The notes under the pieces: model-generated
Databases searched by the model: none
Told to the model about the DNA's origin: nothing
The model's input: the letters and a program-made list of their open reading frames with translations, nothing else
In this document: one piece after another, positions 1-8,814 of the stretch
How the letters are laid out: every line of letters begins with the position of its first letter
How positions within the stretch are numbered: position 1 is the stretch's first letter
Assembly: GCA_029004185.1 (NCBI GenBank)
Contig: JAQUPB010000001.1
Coordinates: 1,322 to 65,321 of the forward strand
From: Bacteroidales bacterium
GTDB lineage: Bacteria; Bacteroidota; Bacteroidia; Bacteroidales; JAHJDW01
Direction: 5' to 3'
Length of the DNA: 64,000 nt
Position numbers and translations under genes: made by a program

Positions 1-1194
1 ATTTTGAAAATAAATTTGGACTCATTGCAGCCTGTATATTATAGAGGAAGCTCCAAGTCAGGAGGACATGCTTTTGTATGCGACGGATACCAGGGAGATT
101 TTTTTCATTTCAACTGGGGGTGGAGCGGTTGTTTTAACGGGTTTTATTTAATTGACAGTTTGAATGTAAGTGGATATGAATTTAACAGCGGACAGTCTGC
201 AATTATAAATATAAGACCACAAAAAGAATCACCATTCTGCAAAGAGACAAAAGTAATTGAAATACAGGAAGGATTTATTGAAGACGGAAGCGGTGAAAAA
301 AATTATTACAATTATACCGACTGTTATTGGATTATAAACATGCAAAATTCTAAACAAACCTCTATGGTCTTTGATCGTTTTGATTTGGATTCCACAAACG
401 ATTATGTTGAAGTATTTGATGATATTACATCATCTGCTGTCTTACTCGGAAGATTTTACGGGAATACCATTCCTCCAGAAATAATTTCAAACACAGGGAA
501 AATGTATATTCACTTTGTGACTGATTCGATAGGTTGCGGAAAAGGTTGGAGTGCATTTTTTTCCGGTATAAAAACACATGAAGGTGATGATACTTGCATT
601 AATATACTTACTAAATCATATGATTATTTTGACAGCGGCATTTCAGAAAATACAGACAGGTATAATAGTAATACAGATTGTTATTGGCTGATAAAGCCCG
701 AAAATGCAGTAAGCATTAAACTTTATTTTTTACTTTTTGATACCGAATATATGATAGATAATGTTGAAATTTATGATGGTCCTTCAACTTCATCGGCTTT
801 AATCGGGAGATTTTCGGGACAAAAATTACCGGAAGAAATCGAATCGAGCGGAAATTCACTGCTTGTAAGGTTTTACTCAAATCCGCAGAATAATTATAAA
901 GGATGGAAAATAGCATATGTGTCCGAAGGGGATTTATTTGTGAAAATATATCCAAGTTATAATTACGGTACTTTTAATGCTGAAACAAACATGAATAATG
1001 ACGGAACACCATATATTATCAGTATTTATAATTCAACCGGTGAAATTGTATTTAAGGAAGTATTCGAATCGGAATTTATAAATCATTTTTTAAAAAGATT
1101 CACTTTGCCTCAGTTACCCGAAGGTTTGTATGTTTTCTCGATTCAGAATAATTCGTGCAAGTTATCTGAAAGGTTTGTCAGATTTCGCGATTAA
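1..1194 (+). CDS. C-terminal part of a secreted C10 (streptopain-like) cysteine peptidase with two CUB-like domains and a T9SS C-terminal sorting domain; 5' end is outside the window
   Basis: Frame is open from base 1. GGHAFVCDGY and FHFNWGWSG resemble the His active-site region of C10 peptidases. Two internal repeats (CYWIIN...DYVEVFDD...GRFYG and CYWLIK...DNVEIYDG...GRFSG) look CUB-like. The last ~80 aa (KIYPS...LPEGLYVFSIQ) look like a Por/T9SS CTD. Confidence 0.7.
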   Translation: MLKINLDSLQPVYYRGSSKSGGHAFVCDGYQGDFFHFNWGWSGCFNGFYLIDSLNVSGYEFNSGQSAIINIRPQKESPFCKETKVIEIQEGFIEDGSGEKNYYNYTDCYWIINMQNSKQTSMVFDRFDLDSTNDYVEVFDDITSSAVLLGRFYGNTIPPEIISNTGKMYIHFVTDSIGCGKGWSAFFSGIKTHEGDDTCINILTKSYDYFDSGISENTDRYNSNTDCYWLIKPENAVSIKLYFLLFDTEYMIDNVEIYDGPSTSSALIGRFSGQKLPEEIESSGNSLLVRFYSNPQNNYKGWKIAYVSEGDLFVKIYPSYNYGTFNAETNMNNDGTPYIISIYNSTGEIVFKEVFESEFINHFLKRFTLPQLPEGLYVFSIQNNSCKLSERFVRFRD

Positions 1195-1244
1195 TACTAT
1201 ATTGAAATTTATTTTAAGGAGTTATTTAGCTGGAATATGCTTTT

Positions 1245-1280
1245 AAACCTCAGAGGTTTTAAAAACCTTTGGGGTTTTTT
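1245..1280. terminator. Possible bidirectional terminator between convergent genes, built from aaacct/aggttt words
   Basis: aaacctcagaggttttaaaaacctttggggtttttt offers several alternative short hairpins followed by a T-run. It lies between the stops at 1194 (+) and 1294 (-). Confidence 0.4.
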
Positions 1281-1293
1281 ATTTTGGTAAATA

Positions 1294-1863
1294 TTATTTA
1301 AAAGAGTCCACATTAAAAATTATTTCTTCCACAGATTTTCTTATTCCCGGCTGTTCATTTTTTCTGAAACTTTCACCCAATGAATTTATGTTTCCCATTT
1401 TGCCAAAAGCAACAGCAGCAATAATGTCGTATTCATCAGGAATTTTCAAATCCTTTCTGGCTTTTTCTGCATCAAAACCGCCCATTGCATGAGTTATTAA
1501 TCCTCGTCGCTGTGCTTCAAGAGAAAGAAATCCCCATGCGGTACCTGCATCAAATTTATTCCATGAATTCCCCTTTTTATTTGCAGAAAAATATTTACAT
1601 GATAAAATTAAAATCAATACAGGAGCTTTGTTTGCCCATAGTTGATTTTTTTCAGTTAAAACACTTCTCATTATTTTTAAATCTTCTTCTTCGTATGCAA
1701 TAATAAATCTCCATGGTTGTTCATTAAAGCATGACGGGGCATAATGAGCTGCTTCAATAACGGCAATTAAATCTTCCTTATTTATTTTTTCTTCACTGAA
1801 AGCACGCGGAGACCATCGTTCTTTTATTTCTTTCAGTATCTCATGTTCAAATGTTCTGTTCAT
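1294..1863 (-). CDS. Nitroreductase family protein
   Basis: 189 aa. RWSPRAF...HYAPSCFNEQPWRF is the typical N-terminal nitroreductase-fold signature. Confidence 0.85.
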   Translation of the reverse strand: MNRTFEHEILKEIKERWSPRAFSEEKINKEDLIAVIEAAHYAPSCFNEQPWRFIIAYEEEDLKIMRSVLTEKNQLWANKAPVLILILSCKYFSANKKGNSWNKFDAGTAWGFLSLEAQRRGLITHAMGGFDAEKARKDLKIPDEYDIIAAVAFGKMGNINSLGESFRKNEQPGIRKSVEEIIFNVDSFK

Positions 1864-1892
1864 GAAAAATTAATTTCTAAAATATCTTTTTC

Positions 1893-3125
1893 TCAGAATA
1901 TTTTCTCAAACACTTCAATCAGTTTATTTATTTCATTAATCGTATTATAATGAATCATGCTCACCCGTACAACGCCATTTTGTTCTGACAAACCGAGAAA
2001 ATCAATCAGACGTTTTGCATAAAAATCACCAAAACGAATGCCGATTTTATATTTATCGACCTGCGATGTGAGTTCTTCACTGTTTTTATTATTTACGATA
2101 AAAGAAATTATACTTGCACGTATTGATTTATCTCCTTTGGTTTTTCCGATAATTCTGATTTTGTTTTTTGAGTTGAGATAATTAATAAGGTAGTTAGTAA
2201 GTGTTTCCTCGTATGTTGATATTAATTCATAGGCATATGATATTTTTTTTCTCAAATCCTTTTCATCACAACCGTGCATTAAAGATAATTCACTGAAGTA
2301 ATCAGTAATGCCGAGTGAGCTGTATGCAAGTTCAAAGTTAACACCACCGGGTTGAAACTTTAAAGGCATATTTTCAGGTTGAGTCAGGAAGAAATGATTA
2401 AATCCCGGTAATTTATGCAGAATCTCCTTTTTACCATAAAACGCTGAATAATGTGGACCAAAGACTTTATAAAAACTGAAAACATAAAAATCCACATCCA
2501 GATCCTGTACGTCAGCTAACCTGTGAGGGGCAGCAGCCACTGCATCAACACAAATTAAAGCGTCATGAGCATGAACAAATTCTGCGAATTTCTTTATCGG
2601 ATTTACCGAGCCTAAAATATTCGAAACATGAGTTACTGCAACAAGCCGGGTTTTTTCAGTCATTAATTTTTCAAGGTCTTCCAGATCCAAGTCAAAAGTA
2701 TCGGGATTTAATTTCCAGACTTTTATTTTTATGCCGTATCTTTCCAGTTCCATCCATGCGCCGATATTTGCTTCATGGTCAACATTTGTAACTATAACTT
2801 CATCTCCCTGTTTAAAAGTCCGGCATAAGCATAATGCAAGTATTCGCAGCAACAATGTTGTTGAAGAACCCATAACAATTTCCGAATCATCGGAAGCATT
2901 GACGAAAGTTGCAATAGCCTTTCTGCTTTGATTCACTCTTTCAGTTGCAAGTGCTGATGGAGCGTAACTTCCTCCCACCTGTACATTTGTTGTTAAATAA
3001 AAATCATTAATGCGGTCTATTGCTTGCTTTGCAATTTGAGTTCCGCCTGCGTTATCAAGAAATATCCATTCATTTTCAAGTGAAGGAAATTGTTTTCGTA
3101 CAAATTCTGTGTTTAAAGTTTGCAT
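1893..3125 (-). CDS. Class V aminotransferase / cysteine desulfurase-like PLP enzyme
   Basis: 410 aa. FLDNAGGTQ near the N-terminus, THVSNILG, and a PLP-lysine context SFYKVFGPH. Confidence 0.8.
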   Translation of the reverse strand: MQTLNTEFVRKQFPSLENEWIFLDNAGGTQIAKQAIDRINDFYLTTNVQVGGSYAPSALATERVNQSRKAIATFVNASDDSEIVMGSSTTLLLRILALCLCRTFKQGDEVIVTNVDHEANIGAWMELERYGIKIKVWKLNPDTFDLDLEDLEKLMTEKTRLVAVTHVSNILGSVNPIKKFAEFVHAHDALICVDAVAAAPHRLADVQDLDVDFYVFSFYKVFGPHYSAFYGKKEILHKLPGFNHFFLTQPENMPLKFQPGGVNFELAYSSLGITDYFSELSLMHGCDEKDLRKKISYAYELISTYEETLTNYLINYLNSKNKIRIIGKTKGDKSIRASIISFIVNNKNSEELTSQVDKYKIGIRFGDFYAKRLIDFLGLSEQNGVVRVSMIHYNTINEINKLIEVFEKIF

Positions 3126-3127
3126 GA

Positions 3128-3829
3128 TTATTTTTTAATAATTAATTTAAATCCCTTACCGTGAATGTTCATTAATTCAACTATATCGTCTTCTCTAAGA
3201 TATTTGCGGAGTTTTGTAATGTAAACATCCATGCTTCGTGCGTTGAAATAACTGTCGTTTCCCCAAACCACATTGAGTGCGTAATTACGCTCAACAACCT
3301 GATTCATATTGTCGCAAAGAAGTTTCAGAAGTTCCGATTCTTTTGATGTCAGCTTCATTTGAATTTCCCCGGCTTTGAGTATTTGTGTATTATAATTGAA
3401 ATTAAATTTTCCGATATCATAAATATTTTTTGAAACCACCTTTTCTTCAAACGGAAAACTTCGTTTTAAAACTGCCTGTATTCTGAGTAAAAGTTCTTCC
3501 ATGCTGAATGGCTTGGTAATATAGTCATCTGCGCCAATATGAAATCCTTCAATTGCATCCTGCTTCATTGATTTTGCCGTAAGAAAAATTATCGGAATTC
3601 TTTTATCGGTTCTTCTTATTTCTTTTGCAAGCGTGAAGCCGTCTTTAATTGGCATCATAATATCCAGAAGACATAAATCAAAAGGTTCTTTTTTGTATTT
3701 AACAAATGCTTCATCGCCATTGACGCAAAGCGTAGTTTTGAATCCTTTTGCATCAAGGTATTCCTTAAGCAAATTGCCGAGATTTGTGTCGTCTTCTGCC
3801 AATAATATTTTATGATTATTTTCTTTCAT
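3128..3829 (-). CDS. OmpR/PhoB-type response regulator
   Basis: Receiver domain (ILLAEDD, DLCLLDIMMP, FLTAKS) plus a winged-helix C-terminus (MDVYITKLRKYL). Start placed at MKENNHK (ATG 3829), overlapping the upstream kinase stop by 14 nt. Confidence 0.9.
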   Translation of the reverse strand: MKENNHKILLAEDDTNLGNLLKEYLDAKGFKTTLCVNGDEAFVKYKKEPFDLCLLDIMMPIKDGFTLAKEIRRTDKRIPIIFLTAKSMKQDAIEGFHIGADDYITKPFSMEELLLRIQAVLKRSFPFEEKVVSKNIYDIGKFNFNYNTQILKAGEIQMKLTSKESELLKLLCDNMNQVVERNYALNVVWGNDSYFNARSMDVYITKLRKYLREDDIVELMNIHGKGFKLIIKK

Positions 3830-5399
3830 TGGTATTATTTTTATTATCATTTATAGTTATTATGAATTTGCTTCCTTTATTTAATTCGCTTTCTACTTCA
3901 ATTTTGCCGTTATGTTTTTCTACGATTGCTTTTACATAATTAAGTCCCAGTCCATATCCTTTTACATCATGAATATTTCCCGTGGAAACTCTGTAAAGTT
4001 TGTCAAAAATCTTTCTCTGCGATGATTTCCCTATTCCTATTCCGTTGTCTTCAAAAGTAATTTCTATTCCGTTTTCAATATCTTTCGTTGTAATAAAAAT
4101 CAACGGTTTTTCCAGAGAATATTTGTTTGCATTATCAAGTAAATTATACACCATGTTGGTCATATGAATTTTATCGGCAAAGATAATATTCCTCTTGGCT
4201 TCCAAATTAGTGATTACTCTTCCCTGTTTCTTTTCAATCTGAATGCTTATGTTGCGGATGACTTCATTTATAATTTTATGAACGTCGATATTCTGAAAAT
4301 CGAATTTCAAATTTCCTTTTTCGAGTAAAGATGTCTGCATTATATTCTCGGTAAGCACACCAAGCCGTTTGTTTTCTTCTTCGATAAGCCGCAGGAATTT
4401 TTGGGTATTTGAAGTTGATTTTTCGAAATCGGTATCGGATAACGCTTCGCAGGCAAGTGAAATTGTAGATATCGGGGTTTTAAGTTCATGTGTTATGTTG
4501 TTTATGAAGTCATTTTTTATTTCCGTGATTTTTCTTTGTCTTATGATGAATAAAATTGTAAATAAAAATCCCAGTACAATTATAGAAACAAATAATCCCG
4601 ATGTCAACAGTACAATCCACATGGTTTTCAGAATGTATTGTGTTTGGCTGGGAAAATAAACCATCAAAAATTCCTGATTTGAGAAAATATCTTTCGGATA
4701 AAGTTTTACTTTATAGTTGGATTGCAAAAGTTCATTTTTATATCTGGCGGTTTTCTGTATTGTAAACTCACTATCGTTTTTTATGTTTTGAACTCCGAAT
4801 TCAAAATTAGCTTCAATGCCTTTTTTCTGGAGTTCGGTTCTTATAACGGAATCAACAAGTTCTCTTGAAATGACAGCTTCAACTTTTTTAAAAATGTTGT
4901 CAACCATCAGATCTCTTATAACGCTGTTCAGGAATTTTGTTCGCCTTTTAATCAGTTTATTCATTTCATTTTTTTCATCACTCATTTTCTGAACAGGCGC
5001 TTTCTGGTTTACTTTTATGATTCTTTCTTTATCGGTTAATTTATGAATTGTAGAATCGGAAAATTCAATTTTCCTGGTGGTATTAAAACTGAATCTTTGT
5101 GGATTTCCTGCCTGATAGAACAATGTTTCCGCTTCGTTCACAAGGGTGTTATTTAACGAATCGCTGTCTAATAATTTATTCTGAAGAGCATTCTTTGTGA
5201 TGATTTTTTTTAATTGCTTCGTTACTTCTTTTTTTTCTATTATGTCGGCAACATTGTTCAAACTTTCAATTACACTTTTATCGAATGATTGTCCTTTTAC
5301 TTTTATTGCAATGTTTATCCAATAAAACTGAATACCAATAAGACCGATGAGACTCGCCGACATTAAAATAATCAATATTCTTATTAAGGTTCTGTTCAT
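3816..5399 (-). CDS. Sensor histidine kinase
   Basis: 527 aa. Two hydrophobic TM segments, H-box ITHELKTPIS, N box LLDNANKYS, G boxes DNGIGI and GYGLGLNYV. Translationally coupled to the regulator. Confidence 0.85.
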   Translation of the reverse strand: MNRTLIRILIILMSASLIGLIGIQFYWINIAIKVKGQSFDKSVIESLNNVADIIEKKEVTKQLKKIITKNALQNKLLDSDSLNNTLVNEAETLFYQAGNPQRFSFNTTRKIEFSDSTIHKLTDKERIIKVNQKAPVQKMSDEKNEMNKLIKRRTKFLNSVIRDLMVDNIFKKVEAVISRELVDSVIRTELQKKGIEANFEFGVQNIKNDSEFTIQKTARYKNELLQSNYKVKLYPKDIFSNQEFLMVYFPSQTQYILKTMWIVLLTSGLFVSIIVLGFLFTILFIIRQRKITEIKNDFINNITHELKTPISTISLACEALSDTDFEKSTSNTQKFLRLIEEENKRLGVLTENIMQTSLLEKGNLKFDFQNIDVHKIINEVIRNISIQIEKKQGRVITNLEAKRNIIFADKIHMTNMVYNLLDNANKYSLEKPLIFITTKDIENGIEITFEDNGIGIGKSSQRKIFDKLYRVSTGNIHDVKGYGLGLNYVKAIVEKHNGKIEVESELNKGSKFIITINDNKNNTNERK

Positions 5400-5405
5400 T
5401 CGAAA

Positions 5406-7391
5406 TTAAATTTTGGTTTTTACTTTGTCCGTAAGCTCTTTTATATAACTGTCGGTTATCGGATATCCCAGTTCTTTAGCTCTCCTTGCATCTTCCAGAG
5501 CTTCTTTATATTTTCCGAGAATTTTATAAATAACAGAACGGTTATAAATTGCATTATAGTAATTTGGTTTTAGCTCAATTGCTTTGTTATTGTCATTCAA
5601 CGCTTCCTTATAATTTTTCAGGTTGAAATACGCAACTCCCCTGAAAAAATAAGTATTTGTATCATTTGGTAATTGCGAAATGCAATAACTGTAATCATCA
5701 ATTGCTTTTTTATATTCACCGAGCGAAAGATATGTAAATGCCCTGTTTTGGTACAATTTCACGGCATTAGGAATAAATTTAATTGCTATGTTATAATCTT
5801 CCAATGCTTTTTTGTATTCTTTCATCATCGAGTAGGTAATGGCTCTGTTGAGGTATGCATCGGAATTATTTTTGTCGAGTTGTATTGACCTTGAATAATC
5901 GGCAAGCGACTTATCCCATTTTGCCTGAAGTCCGAAAATATTTCCCCTGTTGCTGAAAACTTTTGCATCTTTTGATTTCATAGAGTCAAGGGCATTATAA
6001 TCAACAAGAGCTTCTGCATACATTCCTTTTTGTGCATAATAATTGCCTCTGTTTTTATGGGCGACTTCAATAAACCAGTATTTGTTAAGAACGTCTGTCC
6101 ACAGGGTATCTGTATTTTTCCAGATTTTTGCGCGCTGATTTGTGAGGTATGAAAAAATACAAGCCGAACCCAAAATCAAAATAATAAAAACATATTTTAA
6201 ATTGCGAAACAACGGAATGGGATTATTATGAAACCAGCTGTAGCCCATTCCAATCATAAAGAGCAATCCTATATATGGCAAATATGCATATCTGTCGGCT
6301 GTAATTGCAGCACCAACAGAAACAAACTGAAGCACGAGCGCAATTGTAATTAAATAAAATAAAAATCCGAAAGCAATAATTCTTGTACGCTTCAGCGATA
6401 AAAAAACAAGAACAATCAAAACAGGTAACGCTCCGAGAGAGATATTATAAATCAAGGGTAATCCTCCATTTACAATTGTAGGATAAGGATAAAAAGCGGA
6501 AAGGTTAACCGGAATAAAGAGTTTATATATGTATGCGAAAAATCCGTATGAGGCAAATTCAAATCTCTGCAATAAAGTGAAAACCCCGAACTTTGCAATT
6601 GCATCGGTTTTTTGTGCTTCTACCGCAATAAATCCCATTATTCCCGAAAAAAGAAGGAAAGGAATTTTTTCAAGAATCAGTTTTAATGTAAGTTTTCTCT
6701 GGTAATAATAATCGAGCAGTAACATAACAACAGGCAGTGTTACGGCAACGGCTTTTGCAAGCACCGATAAAGCGAAGAAAATAAATACAAGAATAAGTTT
6801 TAGTATTTTTCTTTCGTCGGATTTCAGATATTTTATGTAAGTAATTAATGCGAGAAGATAAAACATTGTATATAAAACATCTTTCCGTTCGGCAATCCAT
6901 GTAACCGATTCGACATGCATAGGGTGAATACCGAAAAACAACGACACAATAAAAGCGACTTCAATTTTTTTATTGCTTAACAAAAAGATGAACCAGAATA
7001 CAAGTAATGTATTTATCAAATGCAGAATTACATTTGTTGCGTGAAATACTTCGGGTTTGAAAACATAATCGCAAAGCTTATATTCCATTGCAAAGCTTAG
7101 CATTGTCAAAGGGTGGTAATTGCACGAAATGAAAGAAGTGAAGATGTTGTTGAAGTTCTTTTGCATGTTCAGGAAAATGGGATTCTCCAACAGGTAAGTA
7201 GGGTCATCCCAGTTTGTGAAATCATTTTTCAGCGAAGGGTAAAAAGAGAAAAAAGTTGCCAGAACAACAACAGCAAGCGGAAGAATGAATTTATTAAAAC
7301 CCGTTGCATTTCGTTTGGGTTTTATTTGCTGTTTGCTGGCTTTATTGTCTTTGAATTTTATATTTTTCTGAAACTTCTTCTTATTAGACAT
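5406..7391 (-). CDS. Polytopic membrane protein (GT-C/PMT-like N-terminal half) fused to C-terminal TPR repeats
   Basis: 661 aa. Many hydrophobic helices in the first ~430 aa, then about six 34-aa TPR-like units (for example YYAQKGMYAEALVDY and AIELKPNYYNAIYNR). Confidence 0.65.
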   Translation of the reverse strand: MSNKKKFQKNIKFKDNKASKQQIKPKRNATGFNKFILPLAVVVLATFFSFYPSLKNDFTNWDDPTYLLENPIFLNMQKNFNNIFTSFISCNYHPLTMLSFAMEYKLCDYVFKPEVFHATNVILHLINTLLVFWFIFLLSNKKIEVAFIVSLFFGIHPMHVESVTWIAERKDVLYTMFYLLALITYIKYLKSDERKILKLILVFIFFALSVLAKAVAVTLPVVMLLLDYYYQRKLTLKLILEKIPFLLFSGIMGFIAVEAQKTDAIAKFGVFTLLQRFEFASYGFFAYIYKLFIPVNLSAFYPYPTIVNGGLPLIYNISLGALPVLIVLVFLSLKRTRIIAFGFLFYLITIALVLQFVSVGAAITADRYAYLPYIGLLFMIGMGYSWFHNNPIPLFRNLKYVFIILILGSACIFSYLTNQRAKIWKNTDTLWTDVLNKYWFIEVAHKNRGNYYAQKGMYAEALVDYNALDSMKSKDAKVFSNRGNIFGLQAKWDKSLADYSRSIQLDKNNSDAYLNRAITYSMMKEYKKALEDYNIAIKFIPNAVKLYQNRAFTYLSLGEYKKAIDDYSYCISQLPNDTNTYFFRGVAYFNLKNYKEALNDNNKAIELKPNYYNAIYNRSVIYKILGKYKEALEDARRAKELGYPITDSYIKELTDKVKTKI

Positions 7392-7444
7392 CTTTTCAAA
7401 ATTATAAAAAAGTTTCTATAACAAATATTGTTTGTAAAAAATTT

Positions 7445-7497
7445 GCCACAGATTCACAGATTAAAATTACTCTTTTTGTAATCTGTGAATCTGTGGC
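7445..7497. repeat. CACAGATT-family palindromic hairpin (copy A)
   Basis: gccacagattcacagatt ... aatctgtgaatctgtggc forms a perfect 18 bp stem with a ~15 nt loop and T-runs on both sides. Near-identical to the copy at 58359-58412. Confidence 0.85.
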
Positions 7498-7586
7498 TTT
7501 TAATTTTCCCTTAATTAATGTTACTGGGAATATAAAAAACAATGCAATTTAATATATTTTTTCGTAAGTAATCAATGATAGAAAAA

Positions 7587-7712
7587 GTTTGTTGTTTGTA
7601 GTTTGTTGTTTGTAGTTGAATCGAGGTTATTTCCTTGTGTCTTATCTTTATTGTCATTTAAAATTAAGCAGTTATTTTTTTAACAACAAACTACAAACCA
7701 CGAACTACAAAC
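7587..7712. repeat. Long inverted repeat built from gtttgtag/gtttgttg words (about 70 nt loop)
   Basis: 7594-7610 (gtttgtagtttgttgtt) is perfectly complementary to 7682-7698 (aacaacaaactacaaac). The repeated words allow additional pairing registers. Lies just downstream of the stop at 7764 (-). Confidence 0.8.
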
Positions 7713-7763
7713 CTGTTTATAAAAAGGCAGGAAACAAACTTATTAAAAATATTTATCTATAAA

Positions 7764-8402
7764 TTACTTTTTCCTCACAATCATAAGTCCGTCGCGGAAA
7801 GGTAATAACAAATGTTCTACACTTGTATCATTTTTTACTTTATTGTTGAAATTAATAACACCGATTGTTTCGGTATCGTTGGGATTTGGCTCTTCAAGAA
7901 CTTTTCCGTCCCAGAGGGCATTGTCGGCAATAATGTATCCTCCCGGATTTAATTTGTCAATTACCATATCGAAATAAATGCAGTTATTTTCTTTGTCGGC
8001 ATCAATAAAAACCAGGTCGAACATTTCATTTATGGTAGGAATAACATCAGCGGCATTGCCGATAATATATTTTATTTTTTTTTCAAGATTTGCTTCTTTG
8101 AAATAAGGACGCACAAAGTCTTCGAGTTCTTTGTTTTTATCAATTGTATAAATAATTCCATCGTCAGTTAATCCCTGTGCAAGGCATATTGCCGAATATC
8201 CCGTGTATGTTCCTATTTCAAGAATGCGTTTTGGCTTCAGCATTTTGCTGAAAGTTTCGAGCAGTTTGCCCTGCAGATGCCCCGAAAGCATTCTTGCACG
8301 TAGGATTTTTGCATTAGTTTCCCTGTTGAGTTTTTTCAAAACATCTGTTTCGGGCGTGGTGTATGCTTCGGCGTATTCTTTTAGTTTTTCGGTGATTTCC
8401 AT
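7764..8402 (-). CDS. Class I SAM-dependent O-methyltransferase (caffeoyl-CoA O-methyltransferase-like)
   Basis: 212 aa. SAM-binding ILEIGTYTGYS, then YTIDKN and FDLVFIDADK motifs. Confidence 0.85.
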   Translation of the reverse strand: MEITEKLKEYAEAYTTPETDVLKKLNRETNAKILRARMLSGHLQGKLLETFSKMLKPKRILEIGTYTGYSAICLAQGLTDDGIIYTIDKNKELEDFVRPYFKEANLEKKIKYIIGNAADVIPTINEMFDLVFIDADKENNCIYFDMVIDKLNPGGYIIADNALWDGKVLEEPNPNDTETIGVINFNNKVKNDTSVEHLLLPFRDGLMIVRKK

Positions 8403-8437
8403 GGGGATGATTTTACAGGCAAAGGTAAAAAAAGTTT

Positions 8438-8512
8438 AGACGCAGATTAACGCAGAAAAATTATGATTAATTATCTGCGTTTTTTCATAATTTTCATAAC
8501 AAATCAGCGTCT
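8438..8512 (+). repeat. CGCAGAT-family ~75 nt palindromic element, copy F1 (left boundary of the island)
   Basis: agacgcagattaacgcagaaaaattatgattaattatctgcgttttttcataattttcataacaaatcagcgtct. About 90 percent identical by eye to 19385-19458 in the same orientation. Confidence 0.85.
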
Positions 8513-8609
8513 AACCCTTTATACACCCCTTTCGATTTTAAGGTTTATAGAAGCAATTCTCTCGTTTATCTATAAATCCCTCGATATTCCTGTTTTTGAG
8601 CCCCCTTTT

Positions 8610-8667
8610 ATACGAATTCTCACGAAAGTGATACGAATTCTAAAAATACCCCAGCGAATTCTAAAAA
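8610..8667 (+). promoter_or_regulatory. Three phased direct repeats containing CGAATTCT (possible operator or iteron-like sites)
   Basis: CGAATTCT starts at 8613, 8634 and 8655, an exact 21 nt spacing. Each copy contains the palindrome GAATTC. Confidence 0.5.
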
Positions 8668-8671
8668 GCAC

Positions 8672-8702
8672 TTGACACGAGTATTTTTTCGTTTTATGTT
8701 TG
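8672..8702 (+). promoter_or_regulatory. Candidate Bacteroidota-type promoter facing the GxxExxY gene
   Basis: TTG at 8672-8674 and TAtgTTTG at 8695-8702 fit the TAnnTTTG -7 motif. The spacing of ~20 nt is similar to the published Bacteroides -33/-7 architecture. Confidence 0.3.
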
Positions 8703-8716
8703 TCGCCGAAATATTC

Positions 8717-8804
8717 AGACGCAGATAAATTATGAATAACAATGAAAACACACAGATTCTTAAAAATCATAAATAATAATATAATTTCATAATTAATCAG
8801 CGTC
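8717..8804 (+). repeat. CGCAGAT-family element, copy F3 (degenerate, upstream flank of the GxxExxY gene)
   Basis: Starts with agacgcagat and ends with aatcagcgtc, the same termini as F1. The interior has diverged. Confidence 0.6.
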
Positions 8805-8814
8805 CAAAAAAAAT

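Noticed and set aside
8463-8770. Two overlapping ORFs (70 aa plus strand, 66 aa minus strand) between the O-methyltransferase and GxxExxY genes.
   Set aside because: Both are read through the repeat F1, the phased CGAATTCT boxes and the promoter-like motif. Their peptides are dominated by translated repeat units (IRILT / RIRI). This looks like non-coding regulatory or repeat DNA.
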